Shown: positions 48,347 to 61,400 of the stretch, piece by piece | Numbering within the stretch: position 1 is the first letter of the stretch | Layout: each line of letters opens with the position of its first letter | Origin: Macrostomum hystrix | Lineage: Eukaryota > Animalia > Platyhelminthes | DNA length: 64,000 nt | Reading direction: 5' to 3' | Assembly (NCBI GenBank): GCA_950097015.1 | Contig: CATNEN010000003.1 | Coordinates: 9,858,001 to 9,922,000, forward strand | The notes under the pieces: model-generated | Databases searched by the model: none | The model's input: only the letters and a program-made list of their open reading frames with translations | Told to the model about the DNA's origin: nothing | Program-made: the position numbers and the translations under genes

Positions 48347-49969
48347 TTAAGCAGGTCTGTCATCACCGCCCCTCTCAAACCGCAAGACAGACAAATTTTC
48401 ACCGGCACAATGCCTATCAAGTATTGATTTAGCGCGGAAACCAAGACTGCGCATTTTTGAAGCCACTTCCTCAGGTCGATTCTCTTTTAGTAGCAACAGA
48501 TAGAAGGCTGTTAACGCTGGAACTGGTCTTAATAATCGACTGGCTTCGATCAATAAACGATCGATAACACGGCGACCGTCTAGACCGCCAGCCCAGGCCG
48601 CTGCTAAACCGGGCGAGCCTACTTCATCGTCGGGTGTTGGCACGTAGGGTGGATTGCACAGGATCAGATCAGCGCAACTGAGGGGTCGGGTGTTGAGGTA
48701 AGCATATAAGGTTAAAATGGTGAAAGATAAATTGAATATTAATGTGATCGCGGTAAATCAAAGAGAATCTAACTGGGTAGCGGCATATCAAAGCGCATCT
48801 AACTAGGTAGCGGTTAATCAAATTGAAACTAACTGGGTAGCGGTTAATCAAAGAGAAACTAACTGGGTAGCGGTTAATCAAAGAGAAACTAACTGGGTAG
48901 CGGTTAATCAAAGAGAATCTAACTGGGTAGCGGTTAATCAAAGAGAATCTAACTGGGTAGCGGTTAATCAAAGAGAATCTAACTGGGTAGCGGTTAATCA
49001 AAGAGAATCTAACTGGGTAGCGGTTAATCAAATAGAAACTAACTGGGTAGCGGTTAATCAAAGAGAAACTAACAGGGTAGCGGTTAATCAAAGAGAAACT
49101 AACTGGGTAGCGGAATATCAAAGAGCATCCAACTGGGTAGCGGTTAATCAAAGAGAAACTAACTGGGTAGCGGCATATCAAAGAGCATCTAACTGGGTAG
49201 CGGTTAATCAAATTGAAACTAACTGGGTAGCGGTTAATCAAAGAGAAACTAACTGGGTAGCGGTTAATCAAAGAGAAACTAACTGGGTAGCGGAATATCA
49301 AATAGAGCCTAACTGGGTAGCGGCATATCAAAGAGCATCTAACTGGGTAGCGTTAAATCAAAGAGAATCTAACTGTACAGCGGCACATGAAAGAGAATCT
49401 AATTGGGTAGCGGTAAATCAAAGATAATATAACTGGGTAGCGTTAAATAAAATAGAATATTACTGGGTACGGTAGTAGTAAATCAAAAAGAATCTAACAG
49501 GGTAGCGGCGGCAATCAATTTAAATTTAACATGGTAGCAGCGGCACATAAAATGAAATCTAACTCGGTAGCGGCGCATAAAAAATGGAAAAAAGTACTTC
49601 ATTAGAAAGAATCAGAAAAACCAGAATCACCAACCCAGATCGCAGACAGCAAGCTAGGTCCGAGATAGCAGGCATCAGATGATCGCATGTGACACGTGTA
49701 CATAAGCTAGCTGCAGGGTTAATATCAGTGCAAATGCAGGCACAGAAATTTGCAGTAGAATCACTGAGCACATGTTTATGTAGGTGAGCACTGATAATAC
49801 CACTGCCAATGCCAATCTCAACAGACAGACTGGGCTGAAGCTTGTGCCTTAGATAATCAGCTTCCATATCTAAACAGTCCAAAAATAGAAAGCTATCTTC
49901 ACTGGCAGGATAGACAGAGGCAAAATCACCTTTGCCAGCGTGACTTGTGTCTGGGGTGAGTTTTTGCAA
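48347..49969 (-). CDS. N6AMT1: HemK family member 2 / N6AMT1 (eRF1 glutamine methyltransferase); no genomic ATG at its 5' end
   Basis: Exons 49969-49635 and 48677-48347 (phase 2). Motifs TP..SH, VYPASEDSFLFLD, EIGIGSGIIS, TDINP, DLILCNPPYVPT, AAWAGGLDGRRVIDRLL, ENRPEE, GENLSVLRF. Confidence 0.93.
48750..49545. repeat. 30-bp minisatellite filling the N6AMT1 intron
   Basis: Unit CGGTTAATCAAAGAGAAACTAACTGGGTAG. Confidence 0.96.
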
Positions 49970-50582
49970 CTGCAAGAAATTCCAATGATTTATGCACTTT
50001 CAACAACAATTTAGACTTAAAACAGAAATAATACTAGCACTCAAGAAATTAACAAGCAAATGTGAGTGTGTCCTTATGGACCAATCATAATAATCTTATT
50101 TTAAAGCAGATAAATGCTTTGAAGATCATGAAAAGATAACTTTATTAGTAAATAATGATACAATTATTTCACAAAAAATAAGTTAACTTTGTTTACAAAT
50201 TTTGGTAACTTTGAAAATTTCTAAATCAAATATTTATACAACCAGAACAAATTGAAATACAATAACATAAAAAGTTTGAGAAAATTATAAATATAATATT
50301 ATATATATAATTTACTATGCATTGGAAGTTGGCTGGCTAAAGGGCATAAAGTTTACAAAAATGACCAAGTTTTGTCTCTGTAGTTACACCTCAAATAAAA
50401 GCAATATCACTCAGGTCAGGGACCTTGGTGCAAGAGGGGTTTTTCCACTCTGCTACTCACTTGTATGCTAGTTACATCCTACCATTATGTCTAGTGAATT
50501 GGAATATTTTCAATTATAAACAAATGGGAGTAGATATTATCTTAAACTTGTTAGGCCTAGTAGCTAGGGAAGGGTTACTCAC

Positions 50583-51226
50583 TAGGGTAATGTATCATCA
50601 ACCAAACAAGAATGTGTATTTTTTTAACTTCAAACCTAAGCTACAGATTTTCTATTTAAGATATGATGATAAATCAAAAGCCAAGTTATAGAAAACAGTT
50701 ACATCTTTCTAAAAAGTATCTGCTTTTGCTATTTTGACAAATAGAAAAAATGTTATTCCTGCTTTTTATCTAAAACCGAACAATGATTTTCATGTATCTT
50801 CAAACCAAACAGCGAATTTGATGTTTGGTTTTACTATTTGAGTGAGTGGTTTAATCTTATTTTTAAGGAGTGATCTATCATGAATTATGTCATTTGAAAG
50901 CATTTTTCATGCTCTATAAATAACTACATTTATGGTCATTTAATTGGCAAGCAACCGCATACAATCTTCGTCTAAAGTACATACTGAAAAAATGTTAAAA
51001 AGTATGCTTTTGCAATAAAAATTTCTACTGAAACATCAATATCTTTTTTCCTCTTAATGCTTCATTGCACATCATGCCTCAGCTTGTAGATAATTTCTTC
51101 AACTTTCAAATTAGTTGTTCTGTGAAACACAATAGCTTGTTTCTGTCTTGCACGAGACCAAGGAAGGAGTCAAAATTCTTGTTCGGTTTTGAAGATACAC
51201 TGTTCGGTTGATGATACATTACCCTA
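50583..51226. mobile_element. MITE, copy 1
   Basis: TIRs (TA)GGGTAATGTATCATCAACCAAACA / TGTTCGGTTGATGATACATTACCC(TA); TA is the probable TSD. Confidence 0.9.
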
Positions 51227-51934
51227 ATCCTTGTACCATTATTTACCTAATAATCATGAGCTAGAGTTTTGAACCTAAGGATTTAAATGCTTTTGCTCTT
51301 ATATTTGGTCAATGGCCAAATTTTTTATACAAGAACCAAAACTAAAACCTAAGAACCACTAAAACTATATGCACATACTCCAAATAAAATGGAGAGTAAT
51401 CCATTCTTAAAAAGATTAACCCATGGCCTCTGAAGCCTTTAGGCATACAGAGAACAATTATAGAGACAAATATTCAATCTCATAATTATATTTGAATTTT
51501 AAGCTAGAGCAAATAATCTTATAACTGAGATAATAATAACATTGGTTACAGATCAATTTGTCATATTCTAAAACTTCATATGATGATGACGATTTGCACA
51601 AAAGTATCACAATATTCAATTTAATATGACAATCTTGACTATTTACATTTATTCCTCATTTTAATTACGAATGCAATTTGATGATGCATAATTCAAACAA
51701 TTAATTGATTTAAAGGCCGTTAAAAGTAAATGCAGATAAAAAAAGTGCCAATAAATGCATTAGGTAGGCACAACAAACAAACAATTAAATTGATTGGATG
51801 AAAGACAGTTTAAAGAAGATGCAGATAAAATTACCAATAAAATTGCAAGCACAACAAACATGCCCTGTTGAATAAAATTGTGCAATTGTTTGGAGCTGTA
51901 AGTCAAATTAAGCAGTTTAATGGTAAATACTTTC

Positions 51935-52200
51935 GTGTTGCAGCCAATAGCTGGCATGCAGGAATCTACAGATGGACAGCTGTCCAGTTGTATACAGTCT
52001 CCACAGGTCACTGAGTCATGTCTGAAGCTCCTCATATTTTACATGATGATCACTACTTTCTGAGCCTTGAAGCACTAGTTCAGCCCCAAATAACAATATG
52101 ACAATTTTGTGAATGTCACATGTCCAATGCGGACAAAATGACGCTTTAGATAATGTTGCTATTTTTTTACAACCTCTTAATTTGAGCCTGGGTGGCCATA
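51935..52200 (-). pseudogene. Possible relic of a MULE-type transposase C-terminus
   Basis: Minus frame reads EELQT*LSDLWRLYTTGQLSICRFLHAS, resembling MULE C-terminal helices; short and contains a stop. Confidence 0.3.
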
Positions 52201-52260
52201 ATGTTTTTTGTTGAAATATATATAGAACTATGCATGCTTGAGTTATAAGTCCAAATTATG

Positions 52261-53019
52261 TAGGGTAATGTATCATCAACCAAATAACTAAATTTATGGT
52301 CATTTAATTGGCAAGCAACCACATACAATCTTCATCTAAAGTACATACTAAAAAATGTTGTTAAGAAGTATGCTTTTGCAATAAAAATTTCTACTGAAAC
52401 ATCAATATCTTTCTTTCCTCTTAATGCTTCATTGCACATCATGCCTCAGCTTGTAGATAATTTCTTCAACTTTCAAATTAGTTGTTCTGTGAAACACAAT
52501 AGCTTGTTTGGCTATGGTAGAGTTCCGTTCGTTATATTATTTTGCAATTCAAAATGACTGCGGACAGGTTAAACAAGTTTTACGACCAACGCAGCAACAT
52601 TTAAACAACACGAGGACACTCAGAAAAGTTCATCAGAGGTTCATCAGTTCCTTATCTGTTCATCAAGTTGGATAGGCCCTAATAGTGGGACACCCAATAC
52701 ATGAAGTTGACGAATGTATTGACTGGGTATAGACTCAAATGACTCAAATAGTTGGTGAGGCAACTTGAGCAACTTGAGCCGATAAGGTCTTGACTTGAGC
52801 CAACAGTCAATTTTAGACCATAGACATACATATGCCACGTCATGCCAAATCGTCCGTTGCATTACTGGGCTTTTGGCACCATTTTGAAATTGAAAAATAA
52901 TATAACGAACGGAACTCCACCATAGCCGCTTGTTTCTGTCTTGCACGAGACCAAGGAAGGAGTCAAAATTCTTGTTTGGTTTTGAAGATACACTGTTTGG
53001 TTGATGATACATTGCCCTA
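52261..53019. mobile_element. MITE, copy 2 (internally deleted, with nested insertion)
   Basis: Same TIRs as 50583-51226 and shared internal sequence. Confidence 0.9.
52510..52927. mobile_element. Nested MITE with GG termini and 8-bp TSD (Merlin-like)
   Basis: About 45-bp TIR GGCTATGGTAGAGTTCCGTTCGTTATATTATTTT... TSD GCTTGTTT at 52502-52509 and 52928-52935. Empty site visible in copy 1 at ~51135. Confidence 0.92.
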
Positions 53020-54459
53020 TAGGTGCTAGAATTCTAGGCAGCTACAGAATTGCATCAATATAAGTTGCTATGTAAGTCACAATATAAATAATTTTGTTAG
53101 TACTTAGATTTGAAGGCAATACTTATTGGCCAATGCCCACAGTAGTATAATTTAGAATAAAAATGTGCAAAAACACACAGCTTCTGATTGACACAACAAG
53201 TCTACATGACATAACAAATCCTGTTCTGCCCATTCTAAGGTGAAAAGCTTAAAAATTGTTAATGGCAAAACATTAGCACTAGACCAAGCTAGGCCTAAAT
53301 GCTAGGCCTACAGAATTTACACAGTGCAAAACAGCTAAAAATACTACTTTAAAATGGTGAAATTTGTACATAAGATTTTAAAAGTGCAAGTGTACAGTAC
53401 AACTACAAGCTACACCTACATTGAGTTATAAATGAAAGCATTATTCCATTAATGTGGATCAATTAAAAAAATAATAATAATAAAAGCATACATTTCTTGT
53501 AAATAAATTGTTTCTGCTGCTAGTTTTACATATTTTATATCCACTGATGATCTGATCAACCAAGATTCGCCAATTGAAACTAAAGTGATGTAGCCAGTAG
53601 TAACGCCCGTAAAAGAGCTTTGATATTTTGATATTTGATAATTGGCTCAGGTAAGCAACCTGTTTATTTGATAGATAAATATCTTTCGCTATACCCCACA
53701 AAATTCAAACTCACGGTTAAATTTAAACTAATATGATTAAGTAAAACAAATATTTAAATAAGTTGAACCCAATTAGATCTTCAATCTCCAAAATATATAC
53801 AAATTACTTCGAAATTGTATATATTTTTAATTAAAAGGCATAGAACAATACCCCATAAGGTTGTGCAGTTTGACACTGTTAATGTACTGGGACTGCTGTT
53901 GTGCAATAGGACGCTGTTAACGGGAGAATGGCCACAATTACTTCTATAACCCAAAAAATTCATTTGATGTTGACTACAATACTTTTAGGTGGTATATAAA
54001 CTGCAATAGCTGATCGATCACCTCGTGATTAAATATTGCGGGGATTAGCAATTGCGATTAGCGATTAGTTATAATTAGCGGTTAATTAGAGCTTAGCGAT
54101 AAGCTATAATTGCGGCCGGTGCACTGATCTGGAAGGTCTTGTGTGTAGACAATTTTCATCACCTCCACGTACACGATCCTTTTAATGTATCGAAACTTAA
54201 AGTACTTATCGCGTCTCGATCTTGATCGAGAGGTCTTGATATCTCAGCATATAGATTTCTCAGTGGCTGATCCGCAGCGCGCTTCTTACACACATGATGA
54301 ACTGTACTGTTGCCAGTTGATGCTAAAGTTTACGGAATCAGTGCATTTTATGCTTATTTCTGTTCATACATTACATTTGTTGTATGTACTACCGGTCGTA
54401 GAACCGCTTTTTTCACAGTGCCCGCCATGCACAATTGCGCCTCGTGATGGTGTTTAAAC

Positions 54460-55260
54460 ATATGCACAGCTGCCAGCAGCTGAGCTAGGCACGAGCATTA
54501 ATTGTTGACTGCCTGCATTCGCGCCGCGGCCATTCTTATCACCTTCGTGCGTAGGCGGATTCAAGCAGGCTGGGAGTGGCATGCAGTTCGGACTTCATAG
54601 CTGCCTGCTGCCTTCCGTTGATCTGAGCGACTGCCAAATTGCACCACTTTTTTACAGCAATGACGTCGGAGCTGGCCACTCCTGTCGGTCGAATCAATCC
54701 AACCCTTAATCTTACCGCTGACACAGCTGCCGGGCCGAAGTGTCACTTCCAAGACTGGCCGTCTTCGCTGCTGACAACTACTTTACACTGTGAAAGGTCA
54801 TTGGTCACGGACCACACGCAGCAGGGGGCCAATCGCCCGAGATGGCGCGTTATTAAATTCTCAAGTGGCACCCACGTACAGAATACAGAATCCCATGCAT
54901 TGTTGTCTCAGCTCACACCCGCGGCCCATCCGATCCCCTTCCAATCGACAAACTTGGCTATATGCCACCGGACACGAGCGCCGCGATTCGAATTTCCTTG
55001 ACGTTGTGGCATCGCACAACGTTTGGTTATGATCTAAAATGAGCCGCCTGCCGACGACAGCGATCCTTGCGCCATCGCCACGGAAGCGACGTCAGGTACA
55101 TTTTAACTCCGATGGCAGCCTGGAAGCCCCGAGTTGAAAGCATAGACATCGCGGTCGGCCCAACCGTCAAGTCGGAATCGGCTGAAAGTTGACCAGGGAT
55201 GCCTGCACCGAGGTGTACGAGGTCTAAAAGCGACTAGTCACACCAGCGGCCTTCATAGCC
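54460..55260 (+). pseudogene. GC-rich degraded block, possibly an RTE-type LINE relic
   Basis: Composition shift and faint RT C-terminal-like fragments; no intact motif. Confidence 0.25.
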
Positions 55261-58200
55261 ATTTTATATAGATGAGGCTAAAGCCTAAAGCTAGAGTGTC
55301 TAATTGGGCTACAAAGAATACTCATCAAACAGCAGAAACGATCATAATATGCCACATAATATGCAACTCCAATCAAGAAAACAGGAGTGAAAGTGACTCC
55401 AGTGCGTCTGACGATGGCAACATGGGGGACAACAGCTGCGACGATGCTGCCGATCGAGACGACTATGGCGAAGAGGCTAACATCGTTACTGATGGGGAGG
55501 TTCACCTATTTGCTCTATAAGTCTCTACTGTCTCACCTCTAATTAGGAAACTGCAGAGGGACAATTTTAAACCGATCCATTATCGATCGTGCCGCTTAAT
55601 AAAATATTTGGTTATGTTTCGATCCTTGATTAGCATTAGCTAAAAGTGTAAATATCTGACTATTCACCACATGCCATGCATGTTCTCAATGATTTTTCAT
55701 TTTCTTTCACCGTCTATACTTCTCACCGAAAAATTAACTGGCAGTCGTCTACGAATGTATTTGCAAGTGCATGCAACATGTAGCAAGCTAGGGTTTACGT
55801 ACAGTGTTTCAAACTTTTCTACGATCATGGCAAGTGTGTGCTTTTTAGATAATTGCCAACTGAATATTCTACAGCCGAACTTCGCCGAAGGCGCAGGGAA
55901 TACACATTCAAATATGAGCGTGAGATAGCTAAATGGGAAGTAGCTAGCTATAGTACTGGATAAAAGTAGCAATCAACGGAAAGCACTACCCAAAAGTGCA
56001 GTTCTTTGAAAGTTGCACAAATGTTGATTTAGGTTGATCTAGCAATGTTGCGCGTCAACACATCTGCAACATTCCTGCAGGCGACAAACGGAAGCTATTA
56101 TCAATAATGCATGCTTGTTTCTGTCAGCGTTCCTGCAACATTCCTGCAACCCAACTGGCGCCAGGGGTATGCCACACAGACTAATTAAGTTTTGTCATGT
56201 TCGTTAAAGTTAAGGTCGGTAGTTTCATATGGTCTTAACGCTTTCCACTTAACTCAAAAAATCATAAAAAAGTATGAACCGGAGTGTCTATCTATCTGCA
56301 GTGGCCCTGCAGTAGAATTCACAGTCGTACGTGGTTCTAAAAAAGTTAAAAACAGGAAAATTCATGAAATTTTTAATGCCACTATCCGACTAAACGCGGA
56401 ACAATTAAGAACACAAATAAATCGAGTAGATTATATATATATTTGCTGATTATTAAACTTCGAACCAAATAAAACCTATCTAATTAATCGACTTGCTGAT
56501 AAACTCAGTCAGCTATAGTTAACTGGTGGAAAAATGTTCTCAAAATCGATCAGCACATATTGTATATAACTGGCATTAGTATCGTTTACACAACAACCAA
56601 AACGAGACAAAAATATTGTATCTAACGATAAGAGTACAACAGATTTGTGCTAATTTTTGTAATAAATTATTAACCTGCATGGTCAAATCACAACTAGGTT
56701 CTAATTAAGGTAAGAGTCATGCAGCAGATACACACAACCATCAAACAACCTATAATTTAGTAATTTAAGAAAACTGCCCACTATGGCAATATTAGATCGA
56801 GCTAAAAAGGTGCTAGAAATTAGATCGACGAAAAATATCAGAAAAGTAAATTTGCATATAGGATTTATAGTATCGTGATACTTATATCTCCTCACATGCT
56901 TTAAGCACAATTCTTTCAAAATTTTCTTCTGGCATACAATTTACCTTAAAACAAAAATAGTTTTTGGGGAAAGCATTAAGGCCTTTTTGTCATAAAAATT
57001 TTAAACCCTGCGTATAGTAAAAGCTTTTGAAGATACAATTAAGTTTTTTATTAGGACAGGAACGCAAAGAAGCTTTCATAATATCGATTTTACTATAATC
57101 ACAGAGAATATTCAACGAAATAAGAACGTTTCACAGAAAGGAATAAAGTCGACTAGTGTAGTAGACAAGCAAAATAGCTTCAGAAAAATATCATACTGAG
57201 TTTGCGATATCGATTTAAAGGTGGCGGCTTTAAATTACGAGGTACTCAAGCGGGTGTTTTACATTTGAAGCATTTTTGTTATAGTTCTCTTACTTTTATA
57301 TTAAAATATAATTACGATATCAAAAAGGATTAAAATTTAAAAGGTCAAATGTATTTTTCTGTTTATTGAGAACGATAATGTTTTCTTTCGAAGTTCTTTG
57401 GTTGATGATATAATTGGGGATATTTATATGTCTCGGAAAAAACTGGTGGAATAAAACAAAAAAACAAAACATAAATTTTGGTTTTAAAGCATAATAAATG
57501 CACAAACACAAACACTGATAAGCATTGTATATATAGAGAGAGATATAATTACTCTGTGACGCATCACATTACTATCACATTAAAACAACAGACTAATAAC
57601 TAACACGATAACTTTACGTTAATGAAATATAAACTATATTCAGCACTGCAAACGAAAGTTATAGCCAAGAGCATACAACTATAAATAACACACACGAGCT
57701 AAAAAATACAAGTACAATGAGGAGATCAAACGTAAACTTAAAGGATAAAAAGCCTCAGAAATATTTTCATTTAACTGGCCAGTTGTGTAGAAATTTAGTA
57801 GAGAAGGACACTAGCTTTTGAATGGAATCAAACAATATGTAACACTTATTATAGTATCTTATATGAATTAGCGAATTAAGAAAAATAGAAATAAGATTGG
57901 TTCATTAGTTTAATCACCAGTTCTTCCCAGTTATAGGTCAACATTTTCAGATTGACTTGCTGCTAATGGAAGAAGAAAAAATCTGAAAAGTCCTAATCAC
58001 AAAAGTAATTATTAAATGAAATGTCCAGTCTATCAGGTCCTTTATTTAATGCTTGACAACCAAAATAAACACATACAATGCAGAGCTATAATTTTCAATT
58101 TTATAACATTGATTTTAGTTTTTCTATTTCATTTGAGACACTTTTATATGTTCATTAATGGATGGATTTTGCACCAATACAATTACTCAAATTCAAAGCC

Positions 58201-58404
58201 ACGTGCCTACACGTAAAAAAATCACAAACTCGGATATCCATTGTGTTGAATTGGACGTTCAATTCGGATTTTCTTTTTTATTCCTCATTTTATGCCCTTA
58301 AGTTAGCCTACACGTCAATGTGTTTTAAAGCGAGCGTCAACTTACTGACTCGAAAAAACTGCGAAATCTCCTAGTCGATCAATGAAACAATTGATCCGAT
58401 CAGA

Positions 58405-61400
58405 TCACGGCTGGGCCTCAGCCTCCTTTGCTTTCTTTTCAGCTTCGGCTGCTTCAGCTGACTTCTGCTGCTGCTGCTTGCCTTCGTGCAGCTTCTGGTA
58501 GCTGAGCGATCCGGACAAGGGCATCTTCTCTGACTGCTGCTGAAGCCGTTCAGCATTCTCGTTGCTGTTGCGCAATCCGTAGGTGAAGTAAATCAGCAAG
58601 CCGATGGCTAGCCAGACAAAGAAGCGAATCCAGGTGATAGCTTGCAGCTTCATAATTAGCGAGATGTTCAGCGAAATCGCCAGGCATGGGATAAGCGGAA
58701 CCACTGGTACCTGAAATGATACGCGGTGTTTTTTAGAGGTTATTTTTATTGCATAATAATGCTTGCAGATGGCTGTAGGCACAGACTCAAATCCTTCGGC
58801 TACACGCTCATACAGGTGTGTACATCTGCCCTGACTTTCTCATCGTCACGCAGTGTGCAATCTCAGTGTGGAGGTCGGCCCTCAAGGGCGTTAATTGCAC
58901 AGCAAGTCCCCAAGCCTTCTCTCTGCGGCTGCGCCCCAAATAAATGTGGCCTCACAGCGGATCCGAGCTTACGGACTTGTGTGCGAGAATCGAGCGGCTT
59001 TAGGTCACCGCCCGTTCAACTCTCGTCATGTAGGTGACAAAATCAGCCCCGAGTATTCACCTTGAAGGTGTCGATATCTTTGTCCTGTTCGTGAATCAGC
59101 ATGACAAAGAATCCAAGCAGGATGACGATAACAAAGAAGATTAGCAGCAGCACGGCCAGCGGGTGACCTCGGCTTAGGTCGGCAAAGCCGATGTTGACTG
59201 TGAGGCTGGCGCCGATGATGCCGGCGATGATGACCAGCAGAGCGATGATTGGACCAATGCCTGGGTTCATGCGGCGCAGTACGGGGATGTTGCGGAAGTA
59301 GTACTTTAGCCGGCCAATATTCTCGCCAATCTGCGAGGTCGGACCGCCGTGTCCTCCGGTGCGTTGTCCACCGAGGCCAGTTGGTCCGGCTTTTCCATCG
59401 GCTTCCAGACCGCCGTCGCTTATGCGTCGTCTATCTTCAGCAGCGTCGCCGCAGATGCTAGCCTCGTCGACCTCCGTGGCTGTGTCGTGACCGCCGGAGT
59501 CAATTGGTGGATAATTGGCCATCTGGGGGCGCAGGTAGCGCAGGATGATGACGTTGCAGGCCACGATGCTGTAGGCGATAAGGGTACCAATCGATAGAAA
59601 GTCGGCTAGGGCTTCGATGTCCAGTATGAAGGCTAGAATCGCGGCTAGGAGGCTGGAGGCCACAATGGCCACGATGGGCACCTTGGTGACGGGGGTGACG
59701 TAAGCCAGCTGGCGAAAGATTAGACCGTCCGTGGCCATCGCATAGACAACGCGAGGCATAGCGTAGTTATTGCAGTACAGAGCGGCGACAATGCCGGTAA
59801 TGGAGCCAATGCCTGTGATAATCTTCGCCCAGTTTAAGTCCCGATCAGCCAGCGCCGAAGTGAAGGCCGCCTTAGTGTCGATGAGTTCCCAGGGCTGGAA
59901 TAGGGTCAGAGCGGCGCTAGCCAGCACGAGAAGAATGGTGACGACTAGAACGGACACTCCAGTAGCGATTGGCAGCGACTTTTGCGGCGTTTTGGCCTCC
60001 TCAGAGGACACACTGATTGCGTCGAAGCCGATGAAAGCGTAGAAGCAAGTGGCTGCTCCGGAGAGCACACCGGAGAAATGGTACGGCATGAACGTCTCGC
60101 TAGTCCAGTTCGCGATGTTCGCCTGGCTGAACATTATTCCGGTGGCAAACACTAGAATGACGACGTTCACAGATGTGGTCACGGTGTTGAAGTGCTTCGA
60201 CAAGTTGGCTCCTAGGCTAAGGATTATGGCCACGATTATCACCAGCAGGACGGACATGAAGTCCGGATAGTACGAGATGATGTAGTCGTCCGAGGTTGTG
60301 TTTGGAGCCGGCTTGTAAAATGTCCCGATGTGCTGGATGGTCCAGTTGCTGACACTGTCGGAGGTGAGGGCGTCCAGGGTTCCACTGAAGCCGCGAGCGA
60401 TGCTGGCCGCGGACAGAACATACTCGAGGATGATGCTCCAGCCAATGACGAAGGCTGCGTGTATTTTATGGGGTGCCATGTGCTCTACTACTTAAAATTA
60501 GTAATTGTCGCTAATTTGTTGCAAACTAATTGAAACGTCATTATCAACTCGAAAGGCAACTTTGCATTGGTAGAATATTATAGTAGCTCTGTTTTCTATT
60601 TAATATTTACTGCCTTGACACTTTCAAGCTACAATATCACCAGAGAACAAAGATCTTCTAAGTTCCTATGACTCCTCAAAACCGTGAAAGTGCCTCCATA
60701 TAAGCCATCATGCACCCGATCCATGATAGCACCACCAGTCCATTATACCACTACCAATCCCTGATAGCACACCCCAATCCCTGATAGCACATCCCAATCC
60801 CTGATAGCACATCCCAATCCCTGATAGCACATCCCAATCCCTGATAGCACATCCCAATCCCTGATACCACATCCCAATCCCTGATAGCACATCCCAATCC
60901 CTGATAGCACATCCCAATCCCTGATAGCACACCCCAATCTCTGATAGCACATCCCAATCCCTGATAGCACATCCCAATCCCTGATAGCACATCCCAATCC
61001 CTAATAGCACATCCCAATCCCTGATAGCACATCCCAATCCCTGATAGCACACCCCAATCTCTGATAGCACATCCCAATCCCTGATAGCACATCCCAATCC
61101 CTGATAGCACATCCCAATCCCTGATAGCACATCCCAATCCCTGATAGCACATCCCAATCCATGATGGCACATCCCAGGTAGATATTCAAACCGCTTGCAG
61201 CTCACCCAAGAACTCGCCCGTGGCCACGTAGGTGTAGCTGTAGGCGCTGCCAGCCTTGGGCACACGGGATCCAAGCTCGGCGTAGCACAAGCCGTTTAGG
61301 AAGGCTGTGAAGCCAGCGATCAGGTAGGACAGGAATGTGGCAGGGCCAGCCTTCTTCTTGACCACGGTACCAGTTAGGACGTAGATGCCAGCACCGCACA

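Noticed and set aside
44295-49331. DLEDWEVDRW and LINRYPVSFS repeat ORFs
   Set aside because: 30-bp intronic minisatellites in TUT and N6AMT1.
60708-61189. Cys/Gly-rich repeat ORFs in all three minus frames
   Set aside because: 20-bp intronic array; the same peptide cycles through the frames.
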